Shown piece after piece: positions 19,178 to 28,557 of a stretch of 64,000 nt of DNA. The stretch lies in the NCBI GenBank assembly GCA_034006035.1, contig JAVETN010000010.1, positions 28,448 through 92,447 of the forward strand. The letters are read 5' to 3'. Source of the DNA: Desulforegulaceae bacterium. Its GTDB lineage: Bacteria; Desulfobacterota; Desulfobacteria; Desulfobacterales; JACKCP01. How positions within the stretch are numbered: the first letter of the stretch is position 1; each line of letters starts with the position of its first letter. The notes under the pieces are model-generated. The model saw nothing but the letters and a program-made list of their open reading frames with translations. It was not told the origin of the DNA and ran no database searches. The position numbers were made by a program, and so were the translations under genes.

Positions 19178-20578
19178 ATGAACAAAACAAAAATTGTCTG
19201 TACCATTGGTCCTTCAACCAACAGCCCTGAAATAATAAAAGAACTTATAAACTCTGGAATGAATGTAGCAAGGCTTAATTTTTCCCATGGAAGTCATGAA
19301 TCCCATAAAAAAACCTTTGATCTTATTAGACAAATTTCAGATGAGCTGGATAAGCCAATTGCTATTATTCAGGATTTAAGCGGGCCAAAAATCAGAACCG
19401 GAAAAGTTGAAGAAAAAGGAATTGAACTTATACCAGGCAATGAATTAATTCTTACAATTGATGATATGATTGGAAAAGAAAACAAGGTTTCAGTTTCTTA
19501 TAAAAATATTTTAACCGAAGTAAAAATAAATGAGCTGATTTTACTAGCTGACGGACTGATGGAAATCAGGGTAAAGGAAATTAAAGGCAATGAGATAAAA
19601 TGTATTGTTGAATCAGGAGGAATTTTAACTTCAAACAAAGGAATAAACCTTCCCGGAACCAGCCTCAATATTCCGGCACTTACTGTTAAAGATAAAAAAG
19701 ATCTTGAATTTGGTCTTTTAATCGGGGTTGACTTTGTTGCTCTTTCATTTGTCAAAAACGGTGCAGACATTGATGATATAAAGCAAATTATCAACTCTAA
19801 AGGCAAAAACACTCCTGTAATTGCAAAAATTGAAAAGCATGAAGCAATTGAAAACTTTGATGAAATTCTTGATAAATCAGACGCAATAATGGTTGCAAGG
19901 GGAGATCTTGGAGTTGAAGTACCCCTTGAAAAAGTACCTCTTTATCAAAAAATGCTTGTGACCAAGGCTGTCCAGGCTGGAAAGCCTGTTATTATTGCAA
20001 CTCAAATGCTAAGCTCAATGGTAAATTCACCAAGACCCACAAGAGCTGAAGCCACAGATATTGCCAATGCAGTTTTAGACGGAACAGATGCACTTATGCT
20101 TTCTGAAGAAACAGCAAGCGGGAATCATCCAGTTGAAGCTGTAAAATATATGAGAAAAATAGCTGACAATGCAGAGCAAAACTATCCTTATTCAAAATTC
20201 CAGCTTCAGCCCCAATCTGAAACATCAAGAGCAGTTCCCTATGCCGCCTGTATTCTTTCAAACTTTACAAAAGCAGCTGCAATAGTAGCTCCAACCCGCT
20301 CTGGAAATACAGCTGCCCAGATTTCAAGATTTCGACCTGAAAGCAAGATAATTGCTCTTTCTCCCTTAAAAGAATCAATGAGAAAACTATGCCTTTACTG
20401 GGGATGTATTCCTAAACCTTTTGGTAATCCAAAAGATACAGATCAAATGCTTGAACAAGGAGCTAAAGCAGCCATTGACTCAGGAATTGTAAAAAAAGGG
20501 GATACAATTGTAATTACAGCAGGCCATCCTATCTGGGTATCAGGAACCACAAATATGCTTAAAGTGAAAAACCTGTAG
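19178..20578 (+). CDS. pyk: pyruvate kinase
   Basis: Full-length PK similarity (KIVCTIGP, MVARGDLGVE, ATQMLSSM). Confidence 0.95.
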   Translation: MNKTKIVCTIGPSTNSPEIIKELINSGMNVARLNFSHGSHESHKKTFDLIRQISDELDKPIAIIQDLSGPKIRTGKVEEKGIELIPGNELILTIDDMIGKENKVSVSYKNILTEVKINELILLADGLMEIRVKEIKGNEIKCIVESGGILTSNKGINLPGTSLNIPALTVKDKKDLEFGLLIGVDFVALSFVKNGADIDDIKQIINSKGKNTPVIAKIEKHEAIENFDEILDKSDAIMVARGDLGVEVPLEKVPLYQKMLVTKAVQAGKPVIIATQMLSSMVNSPRPTRAEATDIANAVLDGTDALMLSEETASGNHPVEAVKYMRKIADNAEQNYPYSKFQLQPQSETSRAVPYAACILSNFTKAAAIVAPTRSGNTAAQISRFRPESKIIALSPLKESMRKLCLYWGCIPKPFGNPKDTDQMLEQGAKAAIDSGIVKKGDTIVITAGHPIWVSGTTNMLKVKNL

Positions 20579-20607
20579 ACAAAGAAATTAAAACTTAATT
20601 TGATTTT

Positions 20608-21045
20608 TCAAAGTTCAGGATTTAAAGCCGATTCAATCAAGAGTTTTGATTTTACAAAAATTCCGTTTCCCCTGGCTATTTCATTGTTATCGCTGTCATA
20701 AAGAACAGCTTCTGAAATATATTGGGTCTTATTTTTATTCACTACCCTGCCGTAAACTTTTAAAAAACCTGATGAAACAGGTCTTGTCATATAGGTTGTA
20801 AAAGAGGTTGTAACAAGAAAATGTTTATATTCAAGTGAGCTTGCAGCAAAATAAGCCCCATCATCAAGCATTTTGAAAAAAACACTTCCATGGACAGAAT
20901 TGCCTGTGTGAAAAAATTTTTTATCAACTTTAATTTTAATTTCAGCTTTTCCCTCATTAACAAATATTTCTGGATTGAAAAATTCATTTATCGGGGCCTT
21001 TTTATACATTGATTCAAGCATTCTAAAATGCTTCTTTTTATTCAT
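20608..21045 (-). CDS. PaaI-family hotdog-fold thioesterase
   Basis: 145 aa with the PaaI-like core GNSVHGSVFFKMLDDGAYFAA. Confidence 0.75.
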   Translation of the reverse strand: MNKKKHFRMLESMYKKAPINEFFNPEIFVNEGKAEIKIKVDKKFFHTGNSVHGSVFFKMLDDGAYFAASSLEYKHFLVTTSFTTYMTRPVSSGFLKVYGRVVNKNKTQYISEAVLYDSDNNEIARGNGIFVKSKLLIESALNPEL

Positions 21046-21160
21046 TTGGTTGCCTCCAACAAACTTTTATAATAGTTAGAAATAAACTGCTGGAATTTAT
21101 AAAAAATATTGAGTAAAATAAGCTTTTAAATCTTTATAGAATAAAATTAGGGAGTCTTTC

Positions 21161-22165
21161 TTGAAACTTAAATGCCCCCATTGCCACAAACTTTATAATA
21201 TACCCGAAGATAAAATACCTTCCAACCCAAATTTAAAAATAAAATGCCTTAAGTGCAAAGGGGTGATTTCTCTAAAAACCGACATTGTTTCAGAACTCAT
21301 AACTAAAAAAGATTCAATTGCCAATGATTGTGAAAAAAGAAAACAAAGATTACTTGAAAAATCAAAGACCTTGCCCCCAATACCTGAAGTGCTTTCAAAA
21401 GCAAGAGAAATAATTGAAAAAGAAAACACTGATATCAAAGACCTTGCAAAAGTTCTTGAAAAAGATCAGGCCATGGCTGCAAGAATACTTAAAATTGCAA
21501 ACTCAGCATATTATTCATTGATAAATCCGGTAAACTCCGTTCAACAGGCATGTGTAATTCTTGGTTCAGATGTATTGCTCCAAATGATAACCCTGGCAAG
21601 TACTTCAAAACTTCTTGGCAAAGAGCTTAAAGGCTACTCAATCAGCTCCAAAGAAATTTTTACCCATTCAACAGGAGTTGCCTTTGCAGCCAAGCTTATT
21701 GCCCTTAAAACAAACCCATCTTTAAGTACAGATGCTTTTTCCGCTGGTATTCTTCATGACTCAGGCAAACTTCTTCTTGATGAAAATCTTATCAAGGTAA
21801 AAGATCTCTTTGTCTCAAAAGTATCTTCAGGTATCCAAGTTTATATAGCAGAAAAAGAAATTTTTGGATTTGATCATTGTGAAATCGGATACGAATTCCT
21901 CAAAAAATGGAATATCCCCCCTAGCCAGCTTAAAGCGATAAGATGGCATCATGAACCTTCAAAATCAGAGCAAGACCTTCTTGCCTTTATAGTCCACACA
22001 GCAAACCATATAATGGCTATGCCGGCAGATTTTCCAATAAACACAAACAAGCTTATTGAGCCTGATTCTTTTAAAATTTTACAATTAACCACTGAAGAAC
22101 TTGAAATAATAAGAGCTGAAGCCATGAAAGCAACAGAAGAAATCTTTCAAGCATTCATTTCTTGA
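21161..22165 (+). CDS. MJ0042-type zinc-ribbon plus HDOD domain protein
   Basis: N-terminal CPHC...CLKC ribbon and an HDOD core (ILKIANSAYY...ACVILG...GILHDSGK). TTG start at 21161. Confidence 0.8.
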   Translation: MKLKCPHCHKLYNIPEDKIPSNPNLKIKCLKCKGVISLKTDIVSELITKKDSIANDCEKRKQRLLEKSKTLPPIPEVLSKAREIIEKENTDIKDLAKVLEKDQAMAARILKIANSAYYSLINPVNSVQQACVILGSDVLLQMITLASTSKLLGKELKGYSISSKEIFTHSTGVAFAAKLIALKTNPSLSTDAFSAGILHDSGKLLLDENLIKVKDLFVSKVSSGIQVYIAEKEIFGFDHCEIGYEFLKKWNIPPSQLKAIRWHHEPSKSEQDLLAFIVHTANHIMAMPADFPINTNKLIEPDSFKILQLTTEELEIIRAEAMKATEEIFQAFIS

Positions 22166-22357
22166 TAATTTCACTGATTTTTGCTCTCAATAAAAAGTTT
22201 TTTTATATTAAAACTTATCTTGACTCAATTACAAAACTTGCTAATTTAAAATAATTTATCTTAAGAATTGTAAACACAGTTAACCAGAAATTATCTTTAA
22301 AATTTATTTTACTTATAACACTATCCAAAAAATTTTTAATTAACCAACTGCTGGCTG

Positions 22358-23839
22358 ATGGTCAGTCAACAAAAACGAATAAGGCCTGTTATGGACAAAA
22401 AGCTAATAAAATCAAATGAAACAAAAATATTTAAAAAAAGACCCAAGGAAAAATCAGAAATATTTTTTAGAATTCCTTTTCTTTTCCTGGAAACAGCTGA
22501 GAAAAGGCTCAAAAACGCCTGGGAATCAGCTGAGAAAATAATAAAATTCTTTGAAAATAAAAACTATAAAAAACTGGAAACTAAAGATTTTGTTATTTTG
22601 GAAAAAGAAGACAGCTCAAAAATAGAAATAAACACAGATGATTCAGATTTATGGATAAAAACAAATTTAAAAAACAAAAACAGCCAAAATCTGATTGAAG
22701 AGCTTGAATCTGAAATTTTAAAGCTTGAAAGAAAAAGTTTTAAATTATTCCTAAAAAACAGCGATCTTTATGCCTGCACTTCAATAAATGGAAAATGGGA
22801 AGAAACTCTTAAAGGGTATTTAGGTCTTGATGCAGGCTCAATATCAATCAATATAGTTTTTTTAGAAGAAAGCGGAGTTATTTTTCAAACCCAATACACT
22901 CTCACAGAAGGCGATATAATAAATCAAATCAAAAAAGCCTTTACAGAGCTAAAACAAAATCTTCCTGTAAATACAAAAATACTTGGTTCAGGAGTTACAG
23001 GAAGCGGCCATGAAATATCAGGATCTCTTTTAAACGCCGATATTTATGAAACAGAGCTTGATGCACATGCTGAAGCCACACTTCATATGCTGCCTAACAC
23101 CCAGGTGATCTTTGACATAGGGGGACAGGATTCAAAAGTAATGTATATTGAAGACGGTGAACTTGAAGACGCTGGAATGAACAAAAAATGCGGAGCAGGA
23201 ACAGGAGCTTTTTTAGATGCCCAGGCAGACAGGCTTGGAATTCCCATTGAAAACTTCGGCCAAACAGGGCTTAAGGCAAAAAAACCCTATTCTTTTTCAA
23301 GTATGTGCACTGTATTTGTGGGAAGAGATTTGATTGCTGAACAGGCAAAAGGCAACACCAAGGAAAATATTATTGCAGGTCTTCACAGTAGCCTTGCCAT
23401 GAACTTTTACTCAACTCTTGGAATAAACAAAAAAACAATAAAAACACCAATTGCATTTCAGGGAGGTGTTGCTTCAAATTTAGGAGTAAAAAAAGCTCTT
23501 GAGGATCTTCTTTTTGAAGCAAGAGGAGAAAAGGTTGAACTTTTAATCCCCCCTCACCACAAAGTAATGGGAGCCATAGGAATGGCACTTTTTGCAAAGG
23601 AAGAACTTGAAAACAACCAAGGAAAATTCAGGGGAATAGATACAATCTGCAAAATAAATTCAGAATTTGTAGAATGCACAAAGGCCAATCAAATAAACTG
23701 CCAAAAGGAAATGATCTGCGATCTTGTTCATCTTTATCTAGGAGATGAAATAATTGAAACCCTTTATGCCTGCAAAGATTATTATAAACTTATTGAAAAA
23801 GAAACAAATACTGAACTTAAAGCCAATTTAGGAGGTTGA
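22358..23839 (+). CDS. BadF/BadG/BcrA/BcrD-type ATPase (2-hydroxyacyl-CoA dehydratase activase-like) with an N-terminal extension of about 150 aa
   Basis: Acetate/sugar kinase fold motifs GLDAGSISI and DIGGQDSK. Cluster-bridging cysteines lie in NKKCGAGTGAFLD and SSMCTVF. The true start is uncertain (22358 or the ATG at 22391). Confidence 0.8.
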   Translation: MVSQQKRIRPVMDKKLIKSNETKIFKKRPKEKSEIFFRIPFLFLETAEKRLKNAWESAEKIIKFFENKNYKKLETKDFVILEKEDSSKIEINTDDSDLWIKTNLKNKNSQNLIEELESEILKLERKSFKLFLKNSDLYACTSINGKWEETLKGYLGLDAGSISINIVFLEESGVIFQTQYTLTEGDIINQIKKAFTELKQNLPVNTKILGSGVTGSGHEISGSLLNADIYETELDAHAEATLHMLPNTQVIFDIGGQDSKVMYIEDGELEDAGMNKKCGAGTGAFLDAQADRLGIPIENFGQTGLKAKKPYSFSSMCTVFVGRDLIAEQAKGNTKENIIAGLHSSLAMNFYSTLGINKKTIKTPIAFQGGVASNLGVKKALEDLLFEARGEKVELLIPPHHKVMGAIGMALFAKEELENNQGKFRGIDTICKINSEFVECTKANQINCQKEMICDLVHLYLGDEIIETLYACKDYYKLIEKETNTELKANLGG

Positions 23840-23841
23840 TT

Positions 23842-24891
23842 TTGAAAAAAACAGGATGGTTCTGCTCTTATACTCCAATTGAGCTTATTCATTCAGCAAA
23901 AGCTGTTCCTTTTGGAATAAAAAAAGATTCAAGGGCTGAGCATGAAGATGTGCTTCTTGGGGACTCAATGTGTTCTTATGTAAGATCATGCATGGGAGGT
24001 GCTCTTACCAATTCTTATGATGATTTAGCCGGAGTGGTGATAGCACATTCTTGCGAATGCATGAGAAAACTTGCCGATGGATGGACATTCAGGCAAGAAG
24101 AAATTAAGCCAAAATTGATTCATATTCTTGATATTCCAAAAATTGTGTCTGAGTCTTCAATAAAATTTTTTGCAGGAGCTTTAAAAAGACTAAAAAATGA
24201 CCTTGAAAATCAATTTGGTCCAATAAGTAATGAAAGTATTTTTGAATCAATTGAAATATATAAAACAACAAGAAATCTTTTTAAAAAAGCAGACGATTTA
24301 AGGAAAAAAACTTCAACATCAATAACTGGTGTTGAAATGCAAGAGCTTATAAATGATTATTTTGAAATGCCCATTGAAAAATTTAATGAAAAAATGAAAA
24401 ATTTCATTGATTCGAAAAAAAATCTGGTAACCAGTGAATCAAGACCAAGGGTAATGATTATTGGCGGCCCTGGGAATAAAAGTCTTATAAAATCAATTGA
24501 AGATTCAGGTGGCCTTTGCGTATTGGAAAATATGTGCACAGGATTAAGGGCTTATTCTGGATCCTATGGAGATGAAAAAGACCCTTTTGAGCTTCTTGCA
24601 AGACTTTATCTTGAAAAAACTCCCTGTCCAAGAATGCTTGGGTCCAAATCAAAAGAAAAAACTGAAGAGCTCCCCAAGTTGATTGAAGAATATAAAATTG
24701 ACGGAATAATTTATTTTTCAATGAAATTTTGTGCAAACATGCAAATGGACTGGGCTCTTTTGAAAAACAACACAAGCTTAAAAACCCCAATGAAAGTAAT
24801 TGAAGGTGATATAAGCTCTGAAGTCAATGAAAGGGAAATTCATTCTTTTATAAAAAGACTTAAAAAAAGAAAGAAAAAAAATGAGTCGTGA
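23842..24891 (+). CDS. 2-hydroxyacyl-CoA dehydratase family subunit (HgdB-like)
   Basis: WFCSYTPIE opening and conserved Cys positions. GGAGG at 23831-23835 favours the TTG at 23842 over the track's TTG at 23836. Confidence 0.75.
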   Translation: MKKTGWFCSYTPIELIHSAKAVPFGIKKDSRAEHEDVLLGDSMCSYVRSCMGGALTNSYDDLAGVVIAHSCECMRKLADGWTFRQEEIKPKLIHILDIPKIVSESSIKFFAGALKRLKNDLENQFGPISNESIFESIEIYKTTRNLFKKADDLRKKTSTSITGVEMQELINDYFEMPIEKFNEKMKNFIDSKKNLVTSESRPRVMIIGGPGNKSLIKSIEDSGGLCVLENMCTGLRAYSGSYGDEKDPFELLARLYLEKTPCPRMLGSKSKEKTEELPKLIEEYKIDGIIYFSMKFCANMQMDWALLKNNTSLKTPMKVIEGDISSEVNEREIHSFIKRLKKRKKKNES

Positions 24892-26224
24892 AAATATAGT
24901 AAAAGAAAATACCAAAGAAAGAAAAATTCAATTAAAAAATTTTCTAGAGGTAAATGGCCTTAAGGATCTAGAACCTGAAGAAGCTGTTAAAATGGCATTT
25001 GCATCAGAATATGAAACTCTTTCACCCTCAGCAAAACGAGGATATTTAAATACAAAACAATTTTTCAATGCATACAATATGAATATTCTAGGTCAGGAAG
25101 AATATTATCATCTTGCCTGGAGATCCCTTTTTGTTCCCACTGAACTCATCTATGCGATGAACCTTATTCCATATACAACTGAAATGGTCGCTTCCCAGCT
25201 TGCCATGTCAGGAGCTGCAAGGGGAAGAATTGAAACTGCTGAATCTTCAAACTTTTCCAGCGATTTATGTTCTTTCATGAAAGCAGTTGCAGGAGGGGTG
25301 ATTGAAAACATCTTCCCCACACCTGATATTATGCTTACCTCAACCCATTTATGCGATCCTTCTGCAAAATATGCTGAACTTGCCTCCCATATTTATAAAA
25401 GGCCTGAATTTATTTTAGATATTCCCTATGGAATTTATGATTTAAGCATGAATAAAAAAAACCAGGCTGATGAACAAAGAATAAATGAAGCAATAGACTA
25501 TGTTACAGAACAATTTCATGAAATGATTGATTTTGTAACTGAGCACACAGGACTTAAACTTGACGAAGAAAAGCTTAAAAACATCTGTACCTGGACAAAT
25601 AAAGCAAGACAATACCTTGATGATGGAAATGATATAATTTTATATGAAAGAACTTCATCTAAAAAAGGAATAAAAGAGCTGGATTATGCTGCAAATCTTA
25701 TGCAGACATGGGGGACTAAAGAAATTGTGGATGTTTATAAATCAAGATATGAAGACTATAAAAAAAATCAGCATGAAAACAAAGAAATCACCGTTCCAAG
25801 AATAGCATGGTTTCATTTAAGGCCCTATTTTAAAAACCAGCTAATGGAATATGTTGATAAAAAAATTGAAATCTCAGGTTCCCAGGTAAATTTTGTTTTT
25901 TTTGACGAACTTGATCCAAAAGATCCAATAAGATCCATTGCAAAAAGAACAGTAATGCATCCGGGATTTTCCTCAGTAATGGCAAGAACATCAATTGCAA
26001 TTGAAAAAATACCTGAAGATACAAACGGAATAATTGCATACTATCCCAAATCATGCAGACATTTTCATGGGGGTGCAATTATGGAAAATGAAATGTTTAA
26101 AAAAGCAGGAATACCCATACTTACAATAGATGGAGATTGTGTTGATGACAGGGGAGATGATTTCCCCATTGTAAAAACCAGGGTTGACAGATTTTTAAAA
26201 TCTATTTCAAAAATAAACACCTGA
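24881..26224 (+). CDS. 2-hydroxyacyl-CoA dehydratase family subunit (HgdA-like)
   Basis: 447 aa with HGD-D family features (FVPTELIYAMN, THLCDP, CRHF, IDGDCVDDR). Overlaps the preceding gene by 11 nt. Confidence 0.75.
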   Translation: MSRENIVKENTKERKIQLKNFLEVNGLKDLEPEEAVKMAFASEYETLSPSAKRGYLNTKQFFNAYNMNILGQEEYYHLAWRSLFVPTELIYAMNLIPYTTEMVASQLAMSGAARGRIETAESSNFSSDLCSFMKAVAGGVIENIFPTPDIMLTSTHLCDPSAKYAELASHIYKRPEFILDIPYGIYDLSMNKKNQADEQRINEAIDYVTEQFHEMIDFVTEHTGLKLDEEKLKNICTWTNKARQYLDDGNDIILYERTSSKKGIKELDYAANLMQTWGTKEIVDVYKSRYEDYKKNQHENKEITVPRIAWFHLRPYFKNQLMEYVDKKIEISGSQVNFVFFDELDPKDPIRSIAKRTVMHPGFSSVMARTSIAIEKIPEDTNGIIAYYPKSCRHFHGGAIMENEMFKKAGIPILTIDGDCVDDRGDDFPIVKTRVDRFLKSISKINT

Positions 26225-26232
26225 TAAATTTT

Positions 26233-26262
26233 GGCTCCTGAGTTAATTTCAGGAGCCTTTTT
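26233..26262 (+). terminator. rho-independent terminator after the dehydratase cluster
   Basis: 9-bp stem GGCTCCTGA / TCAGGAGCC with a 7-nt loop, then TTTTT. Confidence 0.8.
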
Positions 26263-26282
26263 GCCTAATTCAAACTTAACTT

Positions 26283-26780
26283 TTATTTACTTTTCATCTT
26301 TCTTAAAAACCCCTGAAGCTGAACAATATGTCTTTGTTCTTCTTTGATTATTTCATTTATTTTATCCTGACCCATGGCATCGGGCACAAGATATAAAATT
26401 CCAATATAAAAAAGAATAGATTCCTTTTCAAGGCCAATAGCAATATTAACTATTTCCTCAATGGTTTCCTTGCCTGTAAGAGCCTTTGCAGCGTCAGCAC
26501 TACCTTCTCCTCCATGGTATTCAGCCATGGACATAAGATAATCAGTAAGCTCATTGTCTGGATCAAAAACAGTTTTTTCTTTTTCTGATCCAGAAAGTTT
26601 TTTTCTCATTTTATCAAAAGTATCTCTATGTGTATCTTCCATATTGGCTAATTTTTCAAGGAAGAGGACATTTTCAGCCTCTTCCTGAAGTCCTGCAGCC
26701 TGTCTGTAAAACTCCGCTGCATTTTCTTCAATCTTTACGGCAACCTGAAACACCTCATCAGCATTAAAATTATAAGACAT
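26283..26780 (-). CDS. ferritin-like di-iron protein (rubrerythrin family, no rubredoxin domain)
   Basis: Two E...ExxH pairs (IEENAAEF / MEDTHRD; LEKESILF / EEQRHIV). ATG at 26780 is preceded by GGGAG. Confidence 0.75.
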   Translation of the reverse strand: MSYNFNADEVFQVAVKIEENAAEFYRQAAGLQEEAENVLFLEKLANMEDTHRDTFDKMRKKLSGSEKEKTVFDPDNELTDYLMSMAEYHGGEGSADAAKALTGKETIEEIVNIAIGLEKESILFYIGILYLVPDAMGQDKINEIIKEEQRHIVQLQGFLRKMKSK

Positions 26781-26890
26781 TTTTTCTCCCTTCAAATTTA
26801 TTTTATAAATTACTAATTGTAATATCTTAAAAAGATAAGATTAAATATTTATTTTTCAATGCAAAGACAAAATTTGATATTTTAATTAAA

Positions 26891-28279
26891 TTAAGCTCGG
26901 GCGTTTAAAATAAATTTTTTAGAAACAAAATAAAGTCTTATTCCAAGAAAAACACCGGAAACTGTAAGCCCTAAAATCAAACTAAGCCAAAAACCTCTTG
27001 CTCCCATGGGAGATACAATCCAGTCTGTCATTGAAATAAGATAACCTATGGGAAGGGTAATAACCCAGTATGCTACAAAAGTCAGAAGAAAAGTAACATT
27101 TGCATCTTTGTAGCCTCTTAATCCACTTTGAGATATAACCATCAATGCATCTGAAACTTGGTACAAGGCAGCTGTTTTTAATAAAAAAACAGCAATTTTT
27201 ATCACTTCCTTATCTTCAGTATATAAAGAAGCAATAAATTCAGGACAAAATCTTGTAAAAATTAAAGTACAAACAGCAGCACTCATTGCAAAACTAATCC
27301 CAGTAATACATACAAATCTTGCAGAGTAAGGATCTTTTTTGCCAATTTCATGACCTGTTCGAATTGTAACTGCCATTCCAATGCTTAAAGGAAGGGAAAA
27401 CACAAGGGAGGAGTAGTTTAATGTAATTTGGTGTCCACCTACCACAATTGGGCCAAGAACACCTATGAACAAAGTTATACAGGCAAAAATACTGCATTCC
27501 ATAAACAATGTCCCGCCTATTGGAAGCCCTAGATAAAGAATTTCTTTTATACCCTCAAGCCTTGGAAGTCTTATTTTTTTAAATATTTCCATTTTTCTGA
27601 TTTCTTCATCTATATAAGAATAAAAGAGCAAAAGAATTAAAAAAAACCAGAGAGTAAGACCTGTTGCTAGCCCGCAACCAGCACCCCCCATTTCCTTAAA
27701 TCCCAATTTTCCATAAATAAGAGTATTATTTGCAAAAAAATTAAAGACCACAGCAAGTAAAGAGATAAACATTTGAGGCCTTGTTTTCCCAAGTCCTTCA
27801 ATAAAAGATTTGAGACAAAGATAAAGGGCAATGGCTGGAAGCCCAATTGAAGTTCCAAACAAATAACCTTTAACAATCTTTTTTACTTCAGCGGAAAGCT
27901 CCATAAAATTAAGAATAAAATCAAGCCTATTAAAAAAGAAAAACAACACAGCGGCAAAAAACAATCCAATCCAGAATGAATCCGAAAGAATTTCCAAAGA
28001 TTTCTTTTCATTTCTAGCCCCTTTAAGCTGGGCTGTTATGGCAACAACAGCCATCATTATTCCATTTAAAGAAATGATAAAAGGGAAAAAAAGACTTGAG
28101 CCAATAGCAACAGAGGCAAGATCAATGCTGCTATAATGCCCTGCCATTACAGTATCAATAAATCCCATTGCAGTCATTCCAAGCTGAGCCAGAAATATGG
28201 GAACTGAAAGCAAAAGAATAGACTTTAACTCATTAAAATATCTATTAAAAAAGCTTGGTTTAGCTGAATTAACTATCAT
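26891..28279 (-). CDS. MATE family efflux transporter
   Basis: 12-TM NorM-like sequence. The ATG at 28279 has AAGG upstream, while the track start at 28306 has no SD. Confidence 0.85.
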   Translation of the reverse strand: MIVNSAKPSFFNRYFNELKSILLLSVPIFLAQLGMTAMGFIDTVMAGHYSSIDLASVAIGSSLFFPFIISLNGIMMAVVAITAQLKGARNEKKSLEILSDSFWIGLFFAAVLFFFFNRLDFILNFMELSAEVKKIVKGYLFGTSIGLPAIALYLCLKSFIEGLGKTRPQMFISLLAVVFNFFANNTLIYGKLGFKEMGGAGCGLATGLTLWFFLILLLFYSYIDEEIRKMEIFKKIRLPRLEGIKEILYLGLPIGGTLFMECSIFACITLFIGVLGPIVVGGHQITLNYSSLVFSLPLSIGMAVTIRTGHEIGKKDPYSARFVCITGISFAMSAAVCTLIFTRFCPEFIASLYTEDKEVIKIAVFLLKTAALYQVSDALMVISQSGLRGYKDANVTFLLTFVAYWVITLPIGYLISMTDWIVSPMGARGFWLSLILGLTVSGVFLGIRLYFVSKKFILNARA

Positions 28280-28557
28280 TTTTTTACCTTGATATATAGA
28301 AAACATCTGTTTGGAACTTATAAATCTTGAAGAAAAAAAGGGGTTTACCGAAGAACTGAAAAGTAAAAACTTTAATTTAAATTGACTTTACAATTTTGCC
28401 CAATAAACAAACTTTTATTTATATCTGATAAATAAAAATAAACAATATTAAAATCTAATATTTGCTTAAATAAAACTTTGAAGATATTTGAGAGTTTGAA
28501 AATTAAATTTCAGAGGGTATTTCTAATTAGCTATTATAACTAAAAAAACATCAAAAC

